A DNA stretch of 63,920 nucleotides, filler included, from Dimorphilus gyrociliatus (lineage: Eukaryota; Animalia; Annelida), in assembly GCA_904063045.1 (NCBI GenBank). It is 5 parts of 5 records of this genome, joined end to end, with 100 filler letters (N's around TTAATTAATTAA, not from the genome) between each part and the next. Parts side by side here need not be neighbours in the genome. Positions count along the whole stretch, not along the records: positions 1 to 23,215 come from CAJFCJ010000074.1; 4 more parts are not named here. One strand, given 5' to 3'. The translations under genes and the position numbers were made by a program. Below are positions 1 through 12,725 of this stretch, in pieces (the first letter of the stretch is position 1; each line of letters starts with the position of its first letter). The notes below the pieces were generated by a model. The model did not search any database. It was not told where the DNA came from and saw only the letters and a program-made list of their open reading frames with translations.

Positions 1-948
1 TTTTGAAATTTAAAATTTATTTTTCATAAGCTTAGCTATCTCTTATCTCTATTTTCTAAACCTTCCCATTCAAAGGGTGTTTTAATACTTACTCTGCTCA
101 ATGCTTTCCAAAGGCTTATTCATATTTTCAAAAAGATTAAGGATATTGCATTTTATAGGAATTTAGCTAGAACATGTTTATTTTTGCAAAAATTCACAGT
201 GGTGTCATCTGTCGTTCAATAAAACTAAAGTTTTTCTAAAATTCCACAGTTCTATGTATCACAATTGTATCATAGAGTGAATATCTTTTTATTATGCTTT
301 GATATGCTGATCCTCAGTCTAAACCGATCTGTTCTATTATATAATTTCTTTCAGTTGTCATTAATTAGAATTGCGTTAAACATTATAACTAGAAATTCGC
401 ACGCGCACTCTAATTTCAATTATTGAATTGACAAAGATTTCTATTACTCCTAAATATAAGTTAGTTACATTTGCCGTCTTTTAGTATTATTCGACACAAA
501 AATTCTGTGTAAATCAAAAATGTATTAAAGAGACGCTAGAACCTGACCAAGAGAATGTGTACGGAGTATAATTAGAACAACTATTGAAGAGTTGAGTAGT
601 TTGCTGATAAACACATTTTATATATAGTTTAAACCCTTGTTAACATATATGAGTGCACAATTAGTTTGACCTCTAAACTGTATGAAAGTAGCTCTGTCAG
701 ATTGTTTAAATGATTATAAAACAAAGTACACAAATCGAAGTGTTTAATTAAATCAATCCACAAAAATGTTCTTTTTACACTAACTTCAATTGAAGATAAA
801 GGAGAAATTATAATTGGGAGTGGTCTCTGTTTTTGTTATCTTTTTCTAACTTGAATTGAAAAATAGTTTTTAATCTTTTTCAAATGAAATTGATTTCTTT
901 TCATAAAAGTCTCTTTGAAAATTGTCCGTGTGATAATATATATCATAT

Positions 949-970
949 TCATATATATATATATATATTC
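949..970. repeat. (AT)n microsatellite upstream of the GPCR
   Basis: Run of atatatat... visible directly in the sequence. Confidence 0.8.
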
Positions 971-1006
971 ATATAAGGTTCAACGCAAAACAAAAAGAGA
1001 AAAACC

Positions 1007-2068
1007 ATGGACAATCTTACAAACTCTTCGTTGGAGACTGATTCCTTATTCCCTGAAGCCAAGGCACTAACTATCGTAGTATATGGTTTGCAGTCAATTT
1101 TCTTGATTTTTGGAACAGTTGGAAATGTTCTTAGCTTTTTGGTTTTCAGCAGAGAAACAATGAATAGAACAACATTATCTTTATTTGTAAGATACCTATC
1201 AGTTTTTGACACTCTAACTTTATTTTCAAATATATTGTTCAATTTAAAATCGCTTCACGGCTTTATTACTGTAAGTCAACCAGTTTTGAAATATTTCTTT
1301 TGTTCATTCTCAATTTTTTTCACATTTTGGAGTGGGCATATATCCAGTTCGTTAGTAGCAGCGATGACTATAGACAGGAGTATTCATGTACTATTTCCAA
1401 CAAAATCTAAAACTATATCAACCAAGTTCCGAGCAAAAATTGTTTGTTTCTGCATAATATTATTTTTTACAGTATTTTATCATTTCTTTTTCTATGCTTT
1501 TGGCAATGTAATAGTAATGCGTGATCCTAATGATAAATGGTCTTCATCTGTATATTGTCAGGGTGGTAATGCCAACTTTGAGTACTTTTTATATAAAATT
1601 GTTGGTGTGCTAGATACGCTATTTTATACTCTTCTACCTTCAACAATTATCACTATTTTCAATCTTTTAATCATAAATGCATTGATTAAAGCAAGAAAAG
1701 AAAGAGCAACAATGACTCAGAATAATACATCAAAAACTGATAAAAAATCAACTCAGATGACAATCATGCTTCTCTTAGTTTCAACATATCTCATGATTGT
1801 AACTCTGCCGGTTGGTTTATTAACATGGTATTTACAATACTCTGGAGTATGGCAGGAAGCTTCTCTTAAAGAAACAAACAAATTACTAGTAATTAGTGGA
1901 ATTTTCAATACTATAGCAGTTAGTAATAGTGCAATTAATTTTTATATTTATTGCTCTACTGGTGAAAAGTTTCGAAAAGAGCTTGGTTTACTCTTCTCTG
2001 GTAAAAATTCCGAAGAAACAACATCAAACTTTTCAACATTTTCCACTAAAGCAAAAGACTCACAATGA
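1007..2068 (+). CDS. Class A (rhodopsin-like) 7TM GPCR, probably a peptide receptor; single exon
   Basis: Seven hydrophobic segments. GN motif in TM1 (GTVGNVLS), YLSVFD in TM2, DRS variant of DRY (TIDRSIHV), basic residues before TM6, NSAINFYIYC in TM7 and a GEKFRKEL helix 8. Confidence 0.9.
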   Translation: MDNLTNSSLETDSLFPEAKALTIVVYGLQSIFLIFGTVGNVLSFLVFSRETMNRTTLSLFVRYLSVFDTLTLFSNILFNLKSLHGFITVSQPVLKYFFCSFSIFFTFWSGHISSSLVAAMTIDRSIHVLFPTKSKTISTKFRAKIVCFCIILFFTVFYHFFFYAFGNVIVMRDPNDKWSSSVYCQGGNANFEYFLYKIVGVLDTLFYTLLPSTIITIFNLLIINALIKARKERATMTQNNTSKTDKKSTQMTIMLLLVSTYLMIVTLPVGLLTWYLQYSGVWQEASLKETNKLLVISGIFNTIAVSNSAINFYIYCSTGEKFRKELGLLFSGKNSEETTSNFSTFSTKAKDSQ

Positions 2069-3061
2069 AATAGTCTACGCCTTTCACATGTCTGAGAGAG
2101 AGAGGGATCTTACTGTTGTTATCTATTGTTTATTAAAATATAGTTGTAAATGTGCACATTCTTATGTAGGTCTTTTCCAAGTTATTGTCAAGTCAACTCC
2201 TGCAATCTCCTGCAATTTTTGATTAATCTCTATTAATAATACTTAACACCTTTCTGATGGAATAAATGCATGCAGGACACTAACAATTAGCTGTTTATTC
2301 AATTGGTAAAAATCAGTTATGAATATTCATAAACTAATTCAAACATAATGAATACAGAGCTATATTTTAAAATTAAGATTTTAAATCTTTCACACACCAA
2401 TTTGAATTGAATTGTATAAGGTTTATTAAAAATGTTATTGAATTAACAGAGTTAAGAATTTAATATTGAATTATTAAAAATATTTATTACAAGCGTTTTT
2501 ATCCTTTTTGTAACGTTATTATTGTCAGTTTGAAAACTACTCAAATTCTACTGAACCGACAGAAATAATTTTAAATTTAATGAAAATCTTGAAATATTTA
2601 TTACTGAATCAACCCTAAAAGCATAGCTGTAGAGTATTCAAAGTAAATTTAATAAACACCGAATTTCTGTTTGGACACATAAGAAATTTAATGTGACAAG
2701 AAAATGCGCACAAATGCATGGCTTTACCTAAACTATATCCCTTTCTCTCTTTTGCTCTATCTTCTTCTTCTCTGTCTCAGTGTCTCTGCATCTGCTTTTT
2801 CCTCAGTCACTATCTGCTTCTCTTTCCATCTTCATCTATCCTCTCCCTCTTACCTTCTCTCTATCTCTGTACTATTACTTAAATATAACTATATATATTT
2901 TGTATAATTAATCCTTTGTCAATCTCTCTTATCATTATCTTTGATGTTTTGAAATCCAAAAAAAAATTAGAAAATGAGTCATTCATAATCTCTTTAGCTG
3001 ATTAAGAAAATTGATAAATGATGATAGTATAATTTTATTGCTCATCATACGATTTGAGACT

Positions 3062-4839
3062 ATGGAATTAAAACATATTGTGCTTTTTCTTTCCTTTTCT
3101 CTTGTTTTTTGTTCAAGTAATTCAAGAATTTTAACTAATGAACAAATTGCCAACAAAATAGATGAATATGTTGGTGGTCTTTTACAATGTAGAAAATTTA
3201 TAGGAGCTAATTTAGCAGTTGTTAAAAATGGAAGTGTTATATTAACTAAAGGTTATGGTTTGGCTAATGTCAGGAGGAATGAATCTGTCACAACAAATAA
3301 TAAATTTCCTATTGCCTCAATCACTAAGAGCTTTACAGCATTACTGGTAATGAAATTACTAACAGAGAAACAGTAAGGAAAAAATTTTTCAAGTTAAAGC
3401 TATTAAGAAACCACTTTTCTTTCAGAATAAGCATTGATACAAAGGTCAAAGATTTATGGTCAGGATATACAGCCTGGTCTGGATATAGATATCATGATTT
3501 AACACTCAGGGATTTTCTTGCTCATAAAACTGGCACACCCAGACATGATTTTATTTTGATTTTAGGAGGACAGAATAGAGAAAATGTTGTGAATAAGATC
3601 AGATTTTTAAGACCAAATTTATCACCAAGAATTGAACATCAATATCATAATTTGTTTTATGTATTAAGTGGTAAAATTGCTGAAGTGATTGCTGATAATG
3701 GCAAAGATTGGGAAAATCTCATTGAAGATAATTTTTTTAAACCAATTGGAATGGAAAATTCAGGTTTCTATGATAAACAAGACAATTATAATGGTTTTGT
3801 ATCACCATATGTTCCCTCCTCTAATGGAACACATGTCAACCTTGTCGAATATCCAGCTGATGTTTGGAGGTGTGTGCCTTTTGTTCTGATTGTTCTTGTT
3901 TTTCCTATCAAAAGCATTTAAATTCTTTAAACCACTTGTTTTTAATAATCATTTTTCAGAAATGTTGGCAGAGCTGGACCATCAGGTTCCATTGTTTCAA
4001 CGGCATATGATATGGGTAAATGGTTAGCAATGATTCTAAACAGAGGTGTTGCCTTGAATGGTAAAAGGATTCTAACAGAAGAAGCCATTGAGCGCGTATT
4101 CGCTAATGAGATATCATTTAATGATTTTATACCAGAACTATTAGGTAACAAACCAGAATTAGGTAAAAGAACAAGTTATGGTCTGGGCTTTTGGAATGGA
4201 TATCAATCTGGTGTTGAATTTCATCAACATGGAGGTGATTTAACTGGTTTCCATTCAACTCATATCCTTATAAGATCTATAAAATCTGGTTTTTCCTTTT
4301 CAACAAATCATGGCCAACAATCACTTGAAAGAGCAATTTTGGAAAATTCTATCCATGATATACTCATGGGAAGAGATCCATCAATCTCCTTAGACGAGGC
4401 TTGTAATTCTGCCTTATATGAGAATCACAATTCTGATACAACATTTCCAAACATACAAAATATTCCAAAATATTCTGAACTTATAAAAATACAAAGATTC
4501 AATAACAACAATATTACAAAATATACTGGTAAATATGATAATTGGGCCTATGGATCCATTAGTGTTAAAAGCACTGGTGCTGCCATCTTTCGGCTGTCTC
4601 TAGATTATGGAAATATGGGACGGTTTAACCTGTTACCGACAGAAAACGATACGTATATTGGAATTTCCAAACCTGGGCCTAGTGCAATAATACCGAATAT
4701 GATTTTTCATTTTGAAGATGAACAACATGGAAGAATGAACAAATTAGTGGCACTTTCATTTGAGATATTAGATCCACCAATATTTGAAAGATCATTAGGT
4801 CCAGAACCACCAGTCTATCATGAAAAATGTAGTGATTAA
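3062..4839 (+). CDS. Secreted beta-lactamase/PBP-family serine hydrolase with DUF3471-like C-terminus; exons 3062-3372, 3426-3869, 3960-4839
   Basis: Signal peptide MELKHIVLFLSFSLVFCSS, SxxK (ASITKSF), YxN (QYHN) and HGG (HGGDLTGF). GT-AG introns at 3373-3425 and 3870-3959 splice the three ORF pieces in frame and restore HKTGTPRH and GPSGSIVSTAYDMGKW. C-terminus has YTGKYDNWAYG. Confidence 0.88.
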
Positions 4840-6356
4840 TTTGTTAATAAATATGGTTTACTCCTATATAGGCATAGGAGATGTCATAAGTTTTGACAGA
4901 GAAGAAAATAAACATTGTGGTATAGAGATTGCCTCTTAAATTATTCTCAAAATTCGTTAGTTTAGGGAACATAGACTTAGTTTGTAATAATTCTGCAAGT
5001 CAAAATTTGCAGTTTTCAGATTATTTTGTCATTTACTTTTTATACATAGTTTTTTCATTAAATTTTTTAACGATAATGATATATCACATTGAAAATGAGA
5101 TTGAAATGTCATTTCAAGTTTTTCGGCAGATTATTACATTTATGAATCATTTTTTAATATTATAGGAAATTATTAGAGGATAATCAATTGTCTTTGGTGA
5201 AGATTATTTGTCCTATTGAAAGGGATATAAACTTATTTCAACTAACTAGTCTTCAGAGACATTCATTTCCAGAGTCTTTTACATGATATTTGCAGTAGTT
5301 GCCATAGTATTGGAAAGGAGAGATATGGTGAATTTCAAACTTTAATGTATTAGAATCGCCTATTTGGTGCAATTTTGGAATGAAGATAAAAAAATTAATT
5401 AATTAGCTAAGAAACTTAATTAGTACAATTATTAATTTAAATCATTCAAACAGTTTTTAAGTTGTTTGCTTGTTTGTTTAAGTTTTAATAAATATACTAA
5501 AATATCATTAAGTTTCAAAAACTAAAATTGACTGTATTGAACACTTTAAAAAAAGTTTACGTATTTAATTTTAGCCATGTGTCAAACACATTATTCTTCG
5601 GTTAAAGTATAAATTAAATTATTGAAATTAAAGGATTGATCTGGATGCGACAGAAAGCCTTGTCTATGCCTAATCTTTTCCATTAGCATTATTCCTTCAA
5701 CAAGTTCATTGACTTTTTATTTAATAGATAAACAAAAATATTTCATTGAAAGTCAAATGGAAAAATAATGACAATTTGCATTGAATTTTTCAAAAATTTA
5801 AAATACTATATCAATAAAAACCAATAGTTTTTTGAAAATTAAATAACACCATTTGCTCACTTTTTAAATGTTTAACTTATATTCTCTTAGTTGAAATATC
5901 TTCTATCTTATCTGAGGATAAAGTCACCTTCTTTTGGTATCCATTTATTAAAGTTGTCATAATACCAAATGTTATTTTTTTTATTCTGCTGATTAAAGCA
6001 AAAAAGATGATGATGATTTAAAACTTAAAAATCTTGCTATGCCTTTTGATTAGTTTTTCTTCATAATAAAAAAAATAAAGAAATAGCCTAAAATAGAATT
6101 TAAATTAATTTCTTTTTTTGTCTTTATTACAGATAACCGATTTGTAGAAAATATCCTATTTTTATCATAAATATCTCTTATCTTAGACTAATCCTTTTAA
6201 TTGAAATAAAAAACACACGTACATAGTTACACACTTAATCACACCATCTGCTCAAAATCTGACAAATCAACAGTTTTGAAACACTATATATACAACAGGA
6301 GATGGAACATTGTGAAGAACAGAAATTACAAGACACTCTAACCGAATTGACAACAA

Positions 6357-8317
6357 ATGAAAATGAATTATCTAGTCTTGTTTACTTTAGGTAGATTATT
6401 GTTTTCTCTCTTGAAATCTATATTGAAATATTTTTATCAGCAGCTATTTACATTTTTAAATGTAACAATGCGAGTTTTGTTTGTCCAATCGATTCGGATC
6501 AAACACCAATTAATGGAGCTTATAGAGATCCAAATCTTTGTGGAATTTATTATCGTTGCGTTAATGGTATTGCCTATCCTCAACAATGTCCACCTGGACT
6601 TCATTTTCAACTTTCCGCTACACCTTGCCATTTCTTTGCCTGCGTTCAACCCAGCCAATCGGATTGTTTAAAAGAAAATCCAAAAAATAAAAATGCAGAA
6701 AGTTCAACTGGAAAGGGGGATTCTTCCCTTTTAAAATCTATTGTTCAAGGCAAGAGACTTCAGATAAGAGCCAACGAATGTTTACCAAATTTGAATAGTA
6801 CTGTTGCAAGTTCAGAGAATCCTTCTCTTTATTATAATTGCGTAAATGGGGTAGCTTGGCCTCAACAATGTCCTCCTCAGACAAAATTTAACCCAACTTT
6901 TAACTTTGACAAATGTTTAGGTGAAATTTGTAGAAAATCTTCGGATGGATCTCAACCTATACATGGAAGTTGGAGTGAATGGTCCGAATGGAGCGCATGT
7001 CAACCAATATGCGGAGATGGATCGAGAACAAGAACCAGACTGTGCAATAATCCTCCTCCATCGAATGGAGGCAACAATTGTCGAGGTCAGTCATCCGAAA
7101 TTGAACAATGTACAAATGGACCCTGTTCGCAAAATGGTTCAGCCTTTATGGTCTCTCTAACGGAAAGAACCAACGGAAATGCTGGAATTATGAACTGGAC
7201 ATCGGTGAATCTAAATTCTGGTGGTATGTTTAATGCTGAAAATAATGAGGTAACAATTAAAACTTCTGGTTTGTACTATTTTTCAATGGTATCAACCACA
7301 ACCAATGGAAATCTAATAAATATGGCAATGGAAAAGACTGGAATAAATCTTGGAATAACCAGAGCAGCTTATGAAAACGCAGAAGGTCCGGAAACTATGT
7401 CAAGGTCGGGTCTAGCTCTTCTAACTCCTGTCTTTAAACCTCAAATGAGATTGATAGCCCCAACGAGCCTTTACAGTACAAGCGAGGGAAGGGAAACTTC
7501 TTGGTTAGGCTTTCATTATGAATCGGATAGTTATCTATTTTGCGGAAGTAATAGACGTCTTCCTGGCGGATACGTAAAGTGGCCTAGAATTACGGCAATG
7601 AAAGGATTTAGAGAGAATAGCATCTTATCACAATTTAGAGTTGACTCGACTGGTCTATATTTTCTGAATGCTGGAATGCTGTCTGGTTTCAGTCATGGAG
7701 ATCAACATAGAATGCGTATATTAAATGTTCAAATATTTCGCAATAATGCTTTATTTGCCACTTTTTTGAGTCTTTCCGCATCAATTCAAAATAATTTGGG
7801 AACTGAACAATTCTCTAGATCAAATCTAGTTAATCTACTTGAGGGTGATGTCTTAACTGCCCATGTAGTATTGCCTATTGCTTCATCAGCTGGACCACTA
7901 GCCGGAATTAATACTGAAACTTATATGAGTGCTTTCAAATTGAATAAGTCATTAGTCTACTTTCAAGCTAAAGATACGGATAATACTTGCGATGAATTTA
8001 GGCGTATTAATTTAAAAAATATCGACATGGATTCAACTTCATCTTGGAATGCAACAAGAAATGAATACGTTGTAAAAAGAGCCGGAATTTACTATATAGA
8101 GTTTACTTTTCAAAAGTACTACAATTCAAAATTGGAGTTAAGAATGTTTTTGAACGGCGAAAGAATTGCATTATCAATGAAACATAGTAGTTTAGATAAA
8201 AATTTTCTATTTACAAGAACTCTTCTACTAAATTTAAAGGAGACTGATAAATTCCATTGGGAGAACTATGGTTGTATTAGCGAAAAAGCATTTGTTACTA
8301 TAATTCAAACTTCTTAA
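6357..8317 (+). CDS. Secreted mosaic protein: signal peptide, 2x chitin-binding CBM14-like domains, TSP1, 3x gC1q/TNF-like domains; exons 6357-6390 and 6441-8317
   Basis: Removing a 50-bp GT-AG intron (6391-6440) gives MKMNYLVLFTLAAIYIF... in frame with ORF 6791-8317. Two YYxCVNGxAxPQQCPP repeats, TSP1 motif WSEWSEWSAC...CGDG.RTR.R.C, and three C1q-like segments each with a G(L/I)Y(Y/F) strand. Confidence 0.82.
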
Positions 8318-8425
8318 AAGTTGAATAATAAGTTTTATTGTTGATAATAAATTAAGTTTTGGCATAAAACTATCATAAATTATGAGTAGTATCGATAGTC
8401 TTAACACTTAATCTATATATTTACT

Positions 8426-8673
8426 TGTAGTCGATGAATGAATAGCGAGTGTAGGTTAAAGCTATTTCCACCGACTTTACCCATATGCACATTAAAGATT
8501 TAAGGTATATACTAGTAAATATAACAGTAATAATAAGTAATAATGTGTCGAAATAACAAAGGGTACTGAAATACGGTTAGGTTTAAAAATATATATAACG
8601 TAAAGTAATTATAAAATAATGTAAAGGGAATTTGGCTCACTGCCAAATTTAGGCGATGTACCCATCGACTACA
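8426..8673 (-). repeat. 3' LTR of the BEL element
   Basis: Terminal inverted repeat TGTAGTCGATG...CATCGACTACA; direct repeat of 12478-12725 with about 8-9 substitutions. Confidence 0.93.
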
Positions 8674-8797
8674 CTGGCCTGGGGAAGAATGGGGGAAAAA
8701 GGCTCGTTTAGTAGGTAAGGGATGATATCTCTCACGTCTCTTTCTATGTTACTGTGACTGGTGTAAATCTCATATGTAGGGTTAGTCAATTTCCGAG

Positions 8798-9241
8798 TTA
8801 TTTCTCCCAGTTTATATTTGTATGTCGATCTCTGATCCATGTATAGAACAGACCCATAGGTTTAATTAAACCTATGATTCTTTCAATCACTCCCATTTTA
8901 TGGGAAGCGTAAGGGGAATTGAATTTCCACTGGATGTGCCTTACACTTGAATGATCGTTGATCAATTTATACAGCCTTTTAAAGGTTGGTGCCGAGTCTG
9001 AAATTATTGACTTTGGCCAACTCCAATTGTTCATAAATATTTGGAACTCCGTCATTAATACCTCAGTAGCCAGGGAAGTGGTGGGTATAATTTGGACTGC
9101 CCTGGATCTCAAGCATGAGATGATGAGCAGATAGACTTTATTCTTTCCAGTGGTCCTGCATAAAGGTCCAGTAAAGTCCATGGCAATGTCTTGGAACAGA
9201 CTAATAAACTCTCCTGTTTGGGATTCTGGTAGGCTTGCCAT
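8798..9241 (-). pseudogene. BEL integrase core fragment
   Basis: IAMDFTGPL, SIISDSAPTF and WKFNSPYASHKMGVIERIIGLIK are BEL-type DDE motifs. Confidence 0.88.
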
Positions 9242-9342
9242 CTGTAGAATCAGTTTTTTATGGTTTCTAGCAACACATAATTTACACCTCTTTAGAATGC
9301 TAGAGATTCCTGTTGTTGCATAAAGAAGGTGTAGTTTCTTGG

Positions 9343-10335
9343 CTAGGTTTGCCCAAAGGCATGTTTATTTTCGTGGTGAACGAAATATATCAATTTAAGG
9401 ACGATAGGGTGACGAGCATCGATAATGATCTTCTTTCTTTCCTCCCTCTCATCTAACCTTCCCATCATCACATATATCCCATTTTCGTCCTCCAACAATG
9501 AATATGAGTCTATTAGTTTATGGATAGGCATTGTACTTTGAACAAGTTTGTATAATTGTAACTCTGCTGTTTCGATTTCTCTTGTATTTAACTCATGGTC
9601 CTTTATTCTGTCACATGGACGAGATTGAATGTTGAACTTAAATCTTAGTATCCAAGCCAAAGTTTGTCTCATTTTTCGCCAGTCTCCCAATATTTCGAAT
9701 GTGGATTCTGTGATGCACATATTAATTGAGGCCTTTGGTATGTCACAATTGACTTTTATTTCTTTGAAATCGTCCCACTTTTCCTTCATCCTTTTTCTTG
9801 ATTTCGTTAGGAAATCTGCTGGGTTGTCATCAGAGCTAGTTAGAAACCAGCTCGCTATCGCTTTAGTGTTCAGGATAGATTTTACTGCATGACCTATATG
9901 TTTAGTCAGCTTTAGATCGTCATTTTCTAGGTAACTGATAACCACCTTACTATCAATGAAAATTTTGATGGGTACGTCCAGGAAAATAGAGTGGTATGGT
10001 TTAATAAAGTTGGCGGCTCTTATAGCTGCCATCAATTCTGCTTGTGGAATTGAGGACCTCGGCGAGGAGAAGAGATGGGAGGACGAAGCTAAAAGGTAGC
10101 CCTTTTCTTTACGGATTCCGTATACAGCCGCGCCATAAGCAATGTCAGTGGCATCCGCATAAATCTGGATATTTTCTGGGGGTGGTATATATCTCGAAAC
10201 CGAATACGAGCCTGATATGTTCTTGAGGACCTTGGTGATAATATCTTGTTCTTTACATGTATCATCCCAGTTAACGCCATGAAAAAGTGTAATCAGGATT
10301 TTGGCCTGAAGTTTCATTGGTTGGATGAAACCCAT
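9343..10335 (-). pseudogene. BEL RNase H (Pao-type) and integrase N-terminal region
   Basis: YADATDIAYGAAVY, SIPQAELMAA, IFIDSKVV and SDDNPADFLTK. Confidence 0.88.
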
Positions 10336-10371
10336 GATGTCATAGATCTTTGCAATGAAAGAGTAAAAGGC

Positions 10372-10896
10372 TCATTTAGTTATGGGTTGATCAGAATCTC
10401 TATTTGGTATGATAACTTCGATCTCATCTCGAATTGGGATATATGTCAGTCCTAAGACTTTGATAGGTTCTTGAATGAATTTAATGTTCAAGGTTGAATG
10501 AATGCTGATCCATTCATTATTCGTATTATATTTAGTCAGGGGTAGTCCTTTAGCTGCCAGTTCTTTGTGAAGGCGAAAAGCCAAGTTTTCTAGTTCTTTC
10601 TCGTTATCTCCCACCAGGATCAGGTCGTCCATATAAAAGGATTTCAAGATAACTCTCTTTTCTCTATCATTGAGGGATGTCGCTTGTTTGATAGTAGCAT
10701 TTAGTGCCATACAAGCGACGAATGGAGAGCTGGGTGCACCGAATATGTGGTGTGTCATTACTGCAGCTAGTAATTTGTCTCTGTTTCTTGGATCTTCATA
10801 AAGAAATCCGAAGTAGGTTGATGTTTTGTGTCTACTCTTATGTTCATGAACATTTGTTTTATGTCCACTAATATGAAGTAAGGTTGTGTCCGCCAC
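10372..10896 (-). pseudogene. BEL reverse transcriptase fragment
   Basis: HIFGAPSSPF and SFYMDDLI (YxDD). Confidence 0.88.
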
Positions 10897-11541
10897 AAAG
10901 TTTGAATGTGTGCCTGGTTTGCCAGTAATGAAGGTCCTGTAAGGAGAGCATCATTCAGGGAATAACCTTTATATTTCGCTGCCCCATCAAAGATGATTCG
11001 TGTAGTTTCCTTTTTTGGATTTGATACACCGTGATGAGGAAGATAAAATTTAACTTCCTTATGTGGTACCTGTTGGGCGTAATCATTGTTGAATAGGGAT
11101 TGAATTCCTTTCTTGTACTCATCATTATATATAGGTTTCCAACAAATAGCGTTAAATCTATTCCTAGGGTAGGAGTGATTATTAGTTAGTATGTCTGGAT
11201 TGAATTTAAAAGGAAGAGGGAACGTCCAGTAAGTTTTTGATGGTTGAACATAATCTGGTCTATCTAAACATAGGTCTATCTTGTTTTGAATTGTGGCCTA
11301 TTAACAAATCGATTCTGCCGCTTGGAAGTGTTTGTTCTGTGTAGCTTGAGTTGATTTTTACTGCTGGTTGATCAGCTATAGTAGACAAAGTATCCACTAC
11401 GTAGGCATCGACATTGTATTTGCTCCCCAATTTAGGGAATATGACCTTGACCTTTTCTGACGCTATTGTCTGAAATTCATTATTGACGTAAGATATGTCA
11501 ATTCGGCAACAGTTTTCAGCTATCGGGATGTAGGATATGCT

Positions 11542-11724
11542 TTATAGATATTGTCTGCTGATCAAGGATACTGCCGCTCCCGTATTGAGGAGAATGGTAA
11601 TTTTGTGGTTGATTGATTTACCAGATGCTGGAATTTGAACTGTTGCTTCATATACAGTCATTCTTTCTTGATTTTCCTTTGAAATTTGGCATATCGAGCA
11701 GTGTAAGAAAGGTCCTGAATTCAA
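11542..11724 (-). pseudogene. BEL aspartic protease fragment with the catalytic Asp mutated (NTG)
   Basis: ILLNTGAAVSLIS followed by a stop codon. Confidence 0.75.
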
Positions 11725-11931
11725 CCCAATGAGACAACATCTGATTTTGAAACGGTTCTTTTTTGTTCAAGATCTGCTGCACTAAGTTGCATCCTTGAGA
11801 TGAAGTGTCCGCATATACATAGTCAAGTTTTTCTATACATTGTGCAAGACTCCCACCACCAGGTTTACGATTCGCTAGGTCTTGCATTCATGACACACTG
11901 ACCCTTCCTTCGTCCATCTCTTTAATATCTG

Positions 11932-12444
11932 TCATTTTTCTGATTCGGAAATATCGGCTTCTAGTAAAGGAACAATGACGTTCATGAGGAAATCTTGGTA
12001 ATTGGAACTGCAGAGTACTTCTGATGGTGTGACCTTTTTATGCTTTAAGTTTTCAATTCTAGGATCAACTTGTTTTGAAGAACTTTTGGCTTCCCGAGTT
12101 GGGTTCGATATATTTCGAACCTGCGGACTCCCGCCATTTTGTTCTTCAGCCGTTGGAAAATGTTCCATTCCTAGAGCATCTCCAGAATTCGACGGAATTT
12201 TATTGGATAAATTGTACTTGATAGAGTTGACCAGTTGGACGAGTTGGTCCATTCTTGCTTCCATCGCAGCTCTATTCTGTGTGTTCGATTCTTCCAATTT
12301 TTCTTCAAACATTCTTCTTTGATCATTCAATCTCTGTTCGAATGTCACTGAATTGACCATGTTGGTCTGTTGGTTGAAGGTTTCCGGTCGGTTTGGAGAA
12401 TTGGCGCCTTTAGTGACCGTTTTGATTTTTCTTTTCCTCGGCAT
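11932..12444 (-). pseudogene. BEL gag N-terminal fragment
   Basis: First ORF after the 5' LTR; coiled-coil-like composition. Assigned by position only. Confidence 0.6.
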
Positions 12445-12477
12445 TTTGATATCTCACAATCAATTAATTATTATTAC

Positions 12478-12725
12478 TGTAGTCGATGAATGAATAGCGA
12501 GTGTAGGTTAAAGCTATTTCCACCGACTTTACCGATATACGCGTTAAAGATTTAAGGTATATACTAGTAAATATAACAGTAATAATAAGTAATAATGTGT
12601 CGAAATAACAAAGGGTAATGAAATACGGTTAGGTTTAAAAATATATATAACGTAAAGTAATTATAAAATAACGTAAAGGGAATTTGGCTCGCTGCCAAAT
12701 TTAGGCGATGTACCCATTGACTACA
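12478..12725 (-). repeat. 5' LTR of the BEL element
   Basis: Direct repeat of 8426-8673, TG...CA, followed by the TSD. Confidence 0.93.

Larger units (their letters stand above)
8426..12725 (-). mobile_element. BEL/Pao LTR retrotransposon, degenerate and short (4.3 kb)
   Basis: Two 248-bp TG...CA LTRs and a 6-bp TSD TTTACT (8420-8425, 12726-12731). Internal minus-strand gag, PR, RT, RH and INT fragments in BEL order. Confidence 0.92.

Noticed and set aside
2704-2907. Hydrophobic 67-aa ORF
   Set aside because: Translation of CT-rich low-complexity DNA.
8674-8700. TGG and a purine run after the left BEL LTR, suggesting LTR polarity opposite to the ORFs
   Set aside because: It does not match a tRNA 3' end that I recognise, and there is no matching PPT at the other LTR. 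Internal deletion is the simpler explanation.
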